64,000 nt of DNA, taken from the NCBI GenBank assembly GCA_964036045.1, contig OZ038378.1, forward strand, positions 108,686,001-108,750,000. The letters run 5' to 3'. The DNA comes from Eutreptiella sp. 'Long Island Sound 2002'. Lineage: Eukaryota; Protista; Euglenida. Shown piece by piece: positions 38,580 through 49,914 of this stretch (positions within the stretch are counted from its first letter, which is position 1; each line of letters begins with the position of its first letter). Position numbers and translations under genes: made by a program. The notes under the pieces are model-generated. The model was not told where the DNA came from. It was given only the letters and a program-made list of their open reading frames with translations, and did no database searches.

Positions 38580-41500
38580 TCTTAGGATTTTGTTTACCAA
38601 AATAAATTATTGTTTTGATTGATTTGAAGGGTGCGTATTACCAATGTTGTTGTTTTGTATTTCAAAATCCCACCAGCACGTGGCTTTTCAGAAGCTCATT
38701 TTCAAAAATGACATTCTTTGGAATTCCAGTTGAACCAAAGTTTGTCCTCCGAAATAAATTGCTTTTTTCTGCGCCTCAGTGCGCGAGGCCTCGCGCACTC
38801 AAGGTCGTGGAGACAAATGTGTACATGAGGCAAAGAAATCACAACACGAAATACACAACATGCAAACACTGAAAGAAAAGCTCGGCAAAAATGTACAAGC
38901 CCCTAAGGGCATATAAATGCATTCCCGTCGAAGGCGAGTGCGCGAGACCTCTCGCAAACATGACTGCAAAAAGAGAAAAACACCTGGGTTAATCGTGACC
39001 TACTTCTTCTTCGGTCCTGCAAATTTAGCCAACCTGGAATTTAGGCTTCTTGCCACTGAACGTTCTCCAGTTGGCGAGGCAATGGTACCAGGGGATGGCT
39101 GAGCACCAGAACGCGATGGCGGCTTGAACTCTGCACTAGCACTTGCAGCAGTCTTCGCTTTCTTCTCTGGCTGGTCCTTACCCGAATCATCGGGACTTGC
39201 ATCAAAGTGAGAGGCGGGCGCCCGCTTCCGCTTCTGCTGTGTCTCCAGTACTTGCTCGGGATCATCTTCCTCCCCCTCGTCGCCATCGTGGTTGTCTGAT
39301 TCTCCCGTCTTGTCCGATTTCTTTCTCTTCTCTTTCGCCTGCTTCTTGCTACTCGAGAAAATTCCTCTCTGGCTGCAGTACCCCGAGTCGGTACAACTTT
39401 GGCCGTCTTCTTCAGCTTGGGCAGGGTAGGTGCGTTCTTAGGCGCAGTAGACTCACTCTCGTCAGCGGGGACCTCCGACACGATCGGTTCTTGGGCGGCT
39501 TCTGCAGCATACACCTTCTGGTGCCCTACGTGTACAAAACCTGTACAAAACCCAGGGTGGAATGCCACGCAAAAGAGACTCTTCTTGAGTATCCAAAGTT
39601 GCAGCTGTCACTCCCTGCTCCAGCTGATCATCTTTCAACACGTACCGCAGGATGATGGCATGCTGCAGAGCACCTTCAACGGCATAGTAGTAGTATCCTT
39701 GGTGTGGGGGGTATCAGCGCAGCAATATTTTTTTCCATGACCAACAGTTTTGGGTATGATAGTACGGTTGAACCAGGGCGTAGCAGGCCATTCCGTAGGT
39801 AAGCTAGAATAGGCTGGAACACCCAAAAAGTGTGTGTAACAACAAACTTGTGGGCGTGTCAAACACCGTAAAGTACAGGTATGTACCGCAGGTAGGCACG
39901 CATGTTCCATCGTTGGATATTTGCCGCATTCAACAGCTTCAGTATCCTCTAGTGTCGGCTTTCATCAACCAACAGCGGTAAAACCCTGTTTGTCTCCTGT
40001 GCTGCGTCCCTCACAAACTGCAACAAGTTTAACAGACCGACACGGCAGGTTACCATTTCTTTCCACAGGGCAAACTGGGCCTCACATCGGTGCCTGCACT
40101 GTCGTTGTTTGCCTGTTCACATCCAACGGTGCTATCACTTTTCCGGTATCTGGTACACAACCATCCGCATCTCCCATGTCAGGCAGAGTCTGGGTGATTC
40201 TCCTTTCGCGTTGTTGCAGAGCCCGTGCGACTGTGGTTTTTCGTGCTGCGAGGTCCTCAATGGCTGGGTGAAATACTGCAATTACAGTACAGTTTTTCTA
40301 TTGGTCACTTGCGTTTGGGTGTGGCCTGTATTGTGCCCGGTCCCAGTTGTCAATCCACAGCACGCAGCACGATGCAAGCACCAGTGTTCACGTTGCTTTA
40401 AGTGCTGCTGCAGCCTGTTTGTTCGCTGTATTTGCGGCGGCGTCTGCTTGCCCAAGTCGTACCTTCGTTTATCTTTCTGTTCGTACCCTGTTGTGTTTCC
40501 CGGTTTTCTTCTGTTTGGTACTGCCTGTTGACGCATCAACAGATACAGGTTCGAGGCGTCTTGTCGCACAATGCGCACCCAGCGCTTGTCCTTCGGCTTT
40601 TTAGCTGCGGCCTGACTGTGTCGGGTTCTTTTATTGAACCTGAGTCGCTGTGCAAATGTTAACGCCAGTTGCGCCGCCTGGTCCTTTCGTTTCAGTCCGT
40701 TCCACAAGTCGTCAGCTGTTTGATATGATGGTTCTGCAGCGCATCCCACCCTCGGTGATGCTGCCCCTTTGCTTATTTCTGCAATCATGCGATGCATTAC
40801 GGATTTTCTGGGGCGAAGCGGCATTCTGGATTTTCTGTGTTAAATTGAATTGAGGCGTACATTTTAATTAGCGTTTCGCATAGCATTCTTTATAAACAGT
40901 GTGGCCTTTTCCTGTCGTCATTACTAGTGCGCACACAGCCGTCGCAATATGTATTTGGTGTCTGCGTGCGCTCCGTTGCCAGTAACCGAAAACCGTTTTC
41001 CCAACCACAATCTCCTGTTCGGTTTCCTTCTTTCAATCCAGTCAAAAAAAACCCCATCCTTTGGGCAGCGAAGGCTACAGCCGCCCTTAAAACTGGACAC
41101 GTCTGCCATTGAGTGGCTGTTGGGGAAAAAAATCATTCCCCTCACCCCCTGACGGATATGACGAAGGTGACCGATGTATGATCGACAGTCACAAGTGGTA
41201 GGCTTGAAAGGGAATGTAAATGCCGGCGCAGCCTGACCTGCCCGCTTTTTCATTTCCTTGTGTGATTTGAGTGCGGGAGGGATCGCGCACTGATTGTTTC
41301 CGGTGGACAATGTTGTGTACCGTGTCATACGTGACCAACACCGTGTCTACACACACGTACATCGCAAAAATCAAATGTACTTGTCAGTATTGTACTGCCA
41401 CTGCAGTCTTACGCGTCTTATCCACCCCGTAAACCATTACAGAACGTGATCAGAGTGCGCGAGGCCTCGCGCACCCCGGATGCCTAAATTTGTATGTTAT

Positions 41501-41590
41501 TTTTAAGTTACAGTGTATGTGTTCCACCGAACATGGGAAGTCTGGCCGTCATACACTTTCCATGCACCTCCCTCAATACAATGTGAGTAC
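38580..41590 (-). mobile_element. Internally deleted derivative, duplicated copy
   Basis: Near-identical to 30800-33828; junction at ~39684-39700. Confidence 0.7.
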
Positions 41591-41599
41591 TAATAACGT

Positions 41600-42145
41600 G
41601 TAAAAGCTGTTTACTTCTCAAACCTCTGGTGCTTAGGGATTTTATGTTTAGTAGTAAGCTGTACCTGGGATATCTTGAGTGAGCGTGGCCTCGCGCACTC
41701 AGAGCAACGTAAAATATAAAAAACGTCCCATTCAGGAATAATTTTTTTCACAATGCCCAAGAACACGGTCATCAAATATACAAAAAAAATAGTTTTTTGG
41801 CACTGTTGTGAAGCAGTCCTTCTCTACACGTTTGATGCGCAAAAAAAAGGTGCAGTTTGCATGAGCTAGGTATCTTAATGCGGCAGCTCCCTGGTTTACC
41901 TCTGCAATCATTCCATGTGTTACTGATTTTTCTGCGCGAAGCGGCATTCTGTGTGATTCTGCGTTAAATCAAATTTGCGCGTATATTTTGAGTCACATTT
42001 CACACAGCATAATTTAAAAACAGCGTGTTTGAAATCATCTGTCATTTGCCTATCGCCATTACTAGTGCGCTCGCTGCCGTCGCAATTTGTAGTTGCTGTC
42101 TGCGTGGGCTCCGTCGCCAGTAACCGAAAGCCGTTTTCCCAACCA
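41600..42145 (-). mobile_element. Further, more diverged fragment of the two-gene element's 5' region
   Basis: 41900-42145 matches 33000-33245; degenerate palindrome at 41677-41700. Confidence 0.6.
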
Positions 42146-43083
42146 CTAGCCGACGTCGGGACCCGAGCCCCCCACATCCGGAAAGGCGAACCCCTACACG
42201 TGTTGGACACCACAATCCACCTGGGAATCACACAGGCCACGGGACACCACCACATCGCACTCCCAAACACGCTGGAAGGGCACCTCACCCAACTACCCCA
42301 ACTTGCCAGGCGGGACCTCCTGTCTGCGCAGGGCCCCGCATACTTCATGGAAGCGGTGCTCAACGCAGCCATCGGATACCAACACCTGCACCTCCCGCAC
42401 CCCCAAGACGCCCTACGCCACACTGGACAGCAAGTAACAAAGGCATCGGCGCAACACGGAGGCTGGCCCACGTCTTTCCCCAAGGAGGCCATGATGGCCC
42501 ACTGGCGCTACTACGGGGACAATACCGGCGCCCTAGTCGACACGGCCTATGCCAAACATGCAGCGCACCTCCTGCACAGAGTAACACATAACCACCAACC
42601 AGAGGTCGGCGAAGCGGCAGCCATACGCATTAAAGAAGCGCAAACAGCCCGCAACGCCTGCCATTGGTGGATACTGGCACAGCACGGTGTCCCCACCTCC
42701 GTGGGTACCAGCATTTGGGCCCAGCTACACGTCTTTCTACTGCACCACACACACGCCATCCTGACAAACCACCATTCTGATCAGCAGGGGCCAATCGTGG
42801 CCACGCACTCCGACATCCAGCGACACCAGGCTGGCAAGGTGGACACCCTTCGCCTCGTGGGGGCCACCATCACCATAGTGTACATCACCCCCACGCAGAT
42901 CGGGGTCATGGCCCTTTGCGGAGCGCACCACGCCCTGATCCTCTCCGACCCGCAATTATCAGCGCGCCGCATCTTCCAAGCGTACCTCCGCACATGCGCT
43001 ACAAAGGCAGTGCGCACGATGCCAGGACCCAGGGATATCAACATGGCGTACAAGACCTTCCAACGCCAACACCCCCGACTGTG
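42146..43083 (+). pseudogene. LINE ORF2 post-RT (thumb/connection) fragment
   Basis: Stop-free His/Thr-rich frame TTIHLGI...AVLNAAIGY...WPTSFPKEAMMAHWRYYGDNTG resembles the YLG...P...L...GG.G region of LINE ORF2. It begins exactly where element homology stops. Confidence 0.45.
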
Positions 43084-46000
43084 AGAAGTCAGGGCATTTG
43101 GGCCTCTCAGAAGCTTTCTGTAGGATCTGCACTAGACCTCCCAAAGCTTCAAGATCCTAGAACACTAGGATATTTGCTCATATTTGGCTTATATTCCAAG
43201 CCTATAGCTTGCTGCTAGACTCTACTGCTCTTAGGTACACTACAGAGAGCAAGGATCTAGGATACATTAGCCACTAGCCATACATGAATAATCACATCCC
43301 ATATGCTTATAATGTGATTTAATCATGTTGTATTGCATTCTAGAAGGTTTCAATGTAATGGAAGCTATTTTGAAGCTATTTCAAAGCTTCAGATGGCCTG
43401 TCGCGACTGTCGCCGTCTTTTGCCGTCGACAGCAAATTACGTAATGTTGACAAGGCCTGTGATAAGATAGACTACCCAGAAAGATGATAAAATATAGGTT
43501 TTATTGCCTCTTCAATGAGAATTTTTTGATATATCAATTTTCTTGTTATTTAGGCATGTGAACTCGTATTACTGGACCAGCCAGTTGGTCCAGCTCAATC
43601 TTCGTTCACGACGTCGTTTTCCTGCTGTTGCCTACTTTGTGCTTACCAAGGGAATCAATTGGAATTGAGAAATTCATTTGAAACAATTTGATTTTGAAGT
43701 GCAAGACAAGGACAAAAGGGTTTATTGTGCACCCTAAGTACAAGCACAATACGGTGCAGTAATCTGAAGTTCCAGCAGGTCGACGATGACGAGGATGACG
43801 AGCAGCAGCTGGGCAAAGGTACGCTGTTCAAGTAGAGTGAGTTCCTTGCTTGAATTTATTGAACGGTTCAAGAAACCTTCAAGTCTTGAAGGTATACTTT
43901 CTTGTACCTCAAAAACAAGCTTCAAATCAATTCAAAACTGGAGGAGCGCAGCTCCAGGCGCGCTGAAGCGACGACGAGCGACGCCTGTGGCTGCAGCAGA
44001 CTTCCAAAAGACGCACAGAGCCCTTCTTCCATTGAGTTTGGTGAAAATTTTGAAGGATTTTAAGCTAACAAGAAGTTTCAAATATGTGGTGAACTTCTAC
44101 AACACAAGGCGACTTCCCAGCGCTCCAGCGACGACGACGACGCCTTCTACGACGACGACGTGCTGCAGGAGCGCTGCGACCGAGCTTCCAGAGGCTCTCT
44201 TGAGGCGCTTTGAGGACTAGAGCCATTGATTTTGTTGCTTTTGTTTGCTCCTCTTTGCATACGCCTTGTGGTGCATTTTCAAGGCTTATCATCTCCTTGC
44301 TTACGGTCCTTCAAGAGACCCTATGTCAAGGGAAGGGACTAAAGGGACAGTCCATGACTATAAATCCCCACCCGAGTTACTGTAGACCCTCTTGGGAGTC
44401 CACAGACTTTAAATTCTTTCTTGTTTGTTCCATCTCATTGGTGTACCAAAAGGCCAAAAATGTCGAAAATGGCCTAACCTATGTTACGCACACCTTCGGA
44501 GCAGGGCGTTGAATCGCGCCAACTAAAGCGCTGTTGTAAAGTAGGGAGCAACAGCTTCCAAATGCGACTGTCACTTTGTTTTAACTCATCAAGGGATTTT
44601 TTCTGTGATTTTTTCAAGATGACCCATGAATCACAATTTGCCCAACCCTTTAAAACAGCCCAAAATGACATTTGGTGTTTTACGCATATCTTCGCGCCAC
44701 TGCGCCGGAAAAATCTGAAGTAAGTATTTTTCGAAAGTAGACAGCAGTATGCTGTCATCCTCATCTTCAACTAATTGGAATCAAGTTTCGTACAGCATCG
44801 TTATCTCCAATAAGGTCACCCATGAACCACACCCCGAATACTCTTCAAAAGTGCCTTTTGTGCTTCCTTCATATGTCGCAGAGAAAAAAGGTTTGAGGTT
44901 CGACATTATTTTTCCAAACAACACTGAAGTACGTGCTCTCAAACCCTGAGCCTTTTTATTTTCAGAAAAAAAGAATGGCTATGATAAAATGGCAACACGT
45001 TACCACACAAATCACTTGGTGAAAAATCATGCAAAATGATTTTGGAGGTTTACTCTTTCCTCTGAGACCATGGTGGGTCCGACCCTGAACTAAGGTGTTT
45101 TGTCAACACTGGAGTATGCAGTTTATGACACATATTTATTTTGAATTTTCGTGGTCAGTAATGGATGTTTCCCATGGCAATCAACTTGGTGCATGAAAGC
45201 ATGTTTTCAATTCTTGTGTTCATGATGCTACAAGAAAAAAGCCTTTCCCAGAGCGTGTGGTGAGTTAAAACTTCATCACAGCTGTTTTGGAAAGGTATTG
45301 GTGTCTAGTTTGCAGATTTTATGTCATTGGACTTTATTGAAAATAAGATGGCAGTGAAAAAGTTCGATTTCCTTCTGCTTTTTTGATAGTTTTTCAGCAT
45401 ACGTTGCATGTGATGTTCATGTGTCTCCCCCCAACTTCTATTCCTCTGAGCCTATGATGAGTTGGGGCAACACCAAATTTGTTTCAAACACCTGGTGACA
45501 TGCCCCACACAGTGCAGATATTCATTCTCTGACATATCAGCAACATAGTACAGAAAAGAGCTGCAGAAATTGGGCATTCTTGAAGAAAAACAGGATTCTT
45601 ACATCATTGTTTTGCTAAACGATTCGCAAATCTTTGGTCTTTTAACCTTGAATCATTGTATGATATTGCAGTTTGTGATTGTATGCATCAGTTTTGATTC
45701 AGTCTGACTAAGCTTAGCCTCGGTAGAAAGGTAGATACCTCAGAATTACTTAGACACAGAATAAATGGTAAAACATTTTGCTCTCTTTTTCGGACACAAA
45801 ACAAACTTGGCCACAACCGTTAACAGACCGTTTGCATCCGCCACATTCACCGTCTAAGCCTTTCCCTTCGACTCTCCAGGCTGAGTGGTTCAGTTCGGCT
45901 GGCCCGTTCTCATGGGGACAAAGAAGGTGTGGGGCTTGTTGCCACCAGGGACTAGGGGGGTGATTGATGGGTGTGAGCGGAAGGCGGAATGAAGACTCAA

Positions 46001-46138
46001 TGCAGGAGCACCCAAGTGAAACATTCAAAGACCGCACTCGACCAAACCATTGGCATTGACCTCTCTCGGGGTCCTTGTGACCATTCTCCGATGAGAGAGG
46101 TTGGTGGTGGTAACTGGTCGCGGTAGAGGCTTGCAAAA

Positions 46139-46190
46139 CTTACTTACTCTTACTTACTTACTCTAGCCAGCTAGCTAGCTAACTAGCTAG
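46139..46190. repeat. Compound microsatellite (CTTA)n/(CTAG)n
   Basis: cttacttactcttacttacttactctagccagctagctagctaactagctag. Confidence 0.8.
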
Positions 46191-47699
46191 TGTAGGAAGT
46201 GCATTGATTTTATGGTATTACCCTAATGCTAACGGTTGGGTAAGCAACTTAATGTCTCTGGTCCTCCCCCTGTAGGGGAGGGTGGTGACGCGAAGTGCCG
46301 CAAGGCTCTCGTACTGTAATAGGGGTAACCATTCCACTAGGTGCAGGCCAGAATATTAGCGTGGAATGCCTTTAACTGATTTTCATCTCTTTACTGAATT
46401 ACCTGACACAGTTCAATGTAGTTCTGAGCACGGTCCGTGCCCTCTCATGGGGTGCTGAGACTCTGCATAGACTGCATAACTTCTGGTCTTGGTTCGCCAC
46501 TCATGCGGGTGCTGAGACCCTTTCCGGATGCCTGAATTTGTCAAGCTCCTTCATTTGAGCACAATTGCATTTGAGCTAGGTAGTGATTTGTCCTCATTTC
46601 ACTTTACCATGCATCTCATCCTTCACTGCATGGCCGTCAAGGCAAGTGTTTGACTAGTGACGTATTCTACTCTCCATTCGGATTGCATTTCATTCATTTC
46701 GTTCAGAAAGGTCACTCATTCATTGCATTTCACTTTGCAAATCTTACATTTCATACTTATTGCATTACTTCCTGATTGCAAGGGCTTGCCCATACCGCTC
46801 AACATGCAATATGATCCGTAATTGATCTGCCCTACGTAGTTCTATGAGCACCTTTTGCTCAATAGACCCCGAGTTTTGGATCGCAGCGACAATCAATCAG
46901 TTCGTATCAACCCAACTTTTGTTGATCAGCTGCAAGTTGTGAGGAATGAATCCATTTTGCAACCCTCGCGATCATGGACCTAGGTCATTTGGTCTAAAGA
47001 GCTTTTTTATCCTCACATTTGCTACCGAACCACTACGGGTACGTTCCGCTTCGTTAACTTTCGCTGGATCGCCTGGTACAGCCTCAATTACCGGGTTTGA
47101 GAGTGCTCAATTGAGTGTCCACAATCTACAATATCACATTCTCTATCCCTCTGACAAGCATGACAGACTTACTTGGATTTTTCACACATTCCCTCCCTCA
47201 TCACACTACACATACAACACACACACAAACACATACCATGAGTCATTTGATTATTCCATGTATTTCTTTGGATATCACACTCTGGTGCATTGCTGTAGTA
47301 CCACTTCCATCAGATTTTTGCCTACGGGCCAATTTCTAAGTCATTCCCTTCGTGTAGATAGTCAGTGTCCGCTTACAGGAGCCGGCATTGGTCTCACCCC
47401 GCCACATCTTTGTTGTGTAACACAAGTGAACAGGTTTAAGGTTGGTCACTCACCTAGGATTTTATGGGGTCCAAAAATCCCAAAACCACCTACAGTCAGA
47501 AATACTACTTTTTTTGTCAAATTATACCATACAGAGCTTTTTTTCCGGAGTTAGCCCCCACCCCCACCCTCCAAATTGGAAATTTTCCAGCCCCTAGATC
47601 GACAATGCAGCCTTGATTCCATCTAAAATCGGCCCTATTCGAGAAATATGACATTCACCACCTAGTTGCGAATAGAAGCTTTTGTATAGCTCAAACCAT

Positions 47700-49090
47700 A
47701 CATGTTTGTTTTTTTGCAAGAAGAACGGTTTTTTGGTGATGGCGGCTCCAAACACTCAAAAAAAGGCTCCCAAACTTTGCAAAACACGTTTTTCTGAGTG
47801 CACCACACTAAAAATAATGTATGGGGCCCTACAACTGACCACTCATGCCCCAAAAATGCTGTTTTATGCCAAAAAAATGGCTTTTTTTAGGCACAAAAGG
47901 CGGTTTTTTGATGATTGTGGCTCCGGAACCCTTGATCATTTGCTCCGGAACACTGCAAAGCACGTTTCTTCAGAGTCCAGCACCCTCAAAATAGGGTATG
48001 GGGCCCTACCTGTGACCACTCAGGCCCCAAAAACACTGTTTTAGGCCAAAAGATGGCTTTTTTGGCAATTTTTGGCCAAAAAATGCATTTTCTTGGTGAT
48101 GGTGGCCCTGAAACCCTTGATTACGTGCTCTAAAACCGTGTAAAACACTTCTCCTCGAGTTCAGCACCCTGGAAATAGGGTATGGGGCCCTACAACTGAC
48201 CACTCAGGCCCCAAAAACACTGTTTTACCCTACAAAATGGCATTTTTTGGCAATTTTTGGGCACAAAATGGGGTTTTTTTTGGTGATGGTGTCTCCAAAA
48301 CACTCAATAACGTGCTCCAAAAACTTTGCAAAACACATTCTTCTGAGTCCACCACACTCAAAATAGGGTATGGGGCCCTACAACTGACCACTCATGCCCC
48401 ACAAATGCTGTTTTAGGCCAAAAATTGGCATTTTTTGGCCAAAAAAGGGGTTTTCTTGGTGATGGTGGCTCCAGCACCCTGGATCATTTGCTCCAAAACA
48501 CCCCAAAACACGTCTTTGGGAGTCCAGCATCCTCAAAAGAGGGTATGGGGCCCTACCTGTGCCCACTCAGGCCCCAAAAACACTGTTTTAGGCCAAAAAA
48601 TGGCCTTTTTTGGCCATTTTTGGCCAAAAAATGCGTGTTTTTGGTTATGGCGGCCCTGAAAACCTTGATCATCTGCTCCAAAACCCTGCAAAACACTTTC
48701 GTTCGAGTCCAGCACCCTGAAGATAGGGTATGGGGCCCTACAACTGACCACTCAGGCCCCAAAAACGCTGTTTTAGCCTACAAAATGGCTTTTTTGGCCA
48801 TTTTTTGGCAAAAAATGCGGTTTTTTTTGGTGATGGCAGCTCCGAAACACTCAATAACTTGCTCCAAAACCTTGCAAAACACGTCTATTCGACTCCAGCA
48901 CCCTGGAAAATACGGTGGGAGGCCCTACAACTGCCCAGTCAGGCCCCAAAAACACTGTTTTGCGAAAAAATGCCTTTTCTGTGCCATTTTTGGGCAAAAA
49001 ATGCGGTTGTTTGGTGATGGCGGCTCCAAAACACTCGATAACCTGCTCCAAAAACTTGTAAAACACATTTCGTTGAGTCCAGCACCGTCG
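47700..49090. repeat. Satellite 1: 175-188-bp monomers in a ~548-bp trimeric higher-order repeat
   Basis: atggggccctac anchors at 47821, 47998, 48182, 48370, 48545, 48730 and ~48915. Confidence 0.9.
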
Positions 49091-49289
49091 AAATTAGGGC
49101 GTGGTTAGCATGCGGCTCAGTAAACCCCGTTCGAAAAGTCATATCGCATTGCAAGTGCTTCTCGAGGTTTAAGCCTTGAAGCTAGCATTTTCGGCGGGGG
49201 CACGGTTGGTGCCCATGAACTGCAACCCGGGCAGAAAGATAATAACTCTACCTAGGTACGTATGCACATGCCACATTATCTTGATCTTT

Positions 49290-49560
49290 GAACTCATTTG
49301 TGCTTGCTTCTGTTTGGTTCAGTGTGTCAATGCATGGGAAGGGTAACAATTTTCAGTGGTTCCTTTGCACGCCGGCGGCATGTCTCCTTAGTGAAGATAA
49401 TACAATCATGCCTATTGCAGAACTCAGAACTCATTTGTGGCTTGCTTCTGTTTGGTGCAGTGTGTCAATGCATGGGAAGGGTAACAATTTTCAGTGGTTC
49501 CTTTGCATACCGACGGCATGTCTTCGTAGTGAAGATAATACCATCACGCCTATTGCAGAC
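49290..49560. repeat. 137-bp tandem duplication
   Basis: gaactcatttgtg starts at 49290 and 49427. Confidence 0.9.
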
Positions 49561-49914
49561 ACGTACTTCCTATCAGAGGCAGCACAGTGTCAGAAATACA
49601 CACTCGGTTACCTCGTAGATCATGTGGACCCGAAACACACAGCGGCCCAGCAAGTTGTTACTATTGCGGCGTTTCGTTACCCCATGTTGGGTTATTTGAG
49701 GGAGAAGGACACACCCTACAACCCATACAAACGCAGCTTGTATGTGCTCACGTACAAGGGGGATTCCTTTTTGTTTTTTCTGACAGGCAGTGCCAAGGGA
49801 GTCTGGCTCTGACCATTACAGCATTTGCAAATCTAATGATGGTGTGTGTGCAAATACAGTTGTTTTTCAGCGTTTCTTTGCACCCTCCGGTTCATATTCT
49901 AGAGTAAAGAGGAT

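Larger units (their letters stand above)
33830..41590. repeat. Tandem duplication unit 2 (7.76 kb)
   Basis: Begins ggctcgtggtggctc (as at 26048) and ends gtgagtac (as at 33821-33828). Confidence 0.95.

Noticed and set aside
16896-41700. Palindrome series as a CRISPR array or REP-like bacterial repeats
   Set aside because: Spacing is irregular (55 bp to several kb), there are no cas genes, and the context is eukaryotic with spliceosomal introns.
23500-42145. Helitron or tyrosine-recombinase element as the explanation for the tandem array
   Set aside because: No HUH Rep, helicase or R-H-R-Y motifs were seen, and no TC...CTRR ends with a terminal hairpin were identified.
46191-47422. Solo LTR (TGT...ACA)
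   Set aside because: No matching TSD at either candidate 3' end and no second copy in the window.
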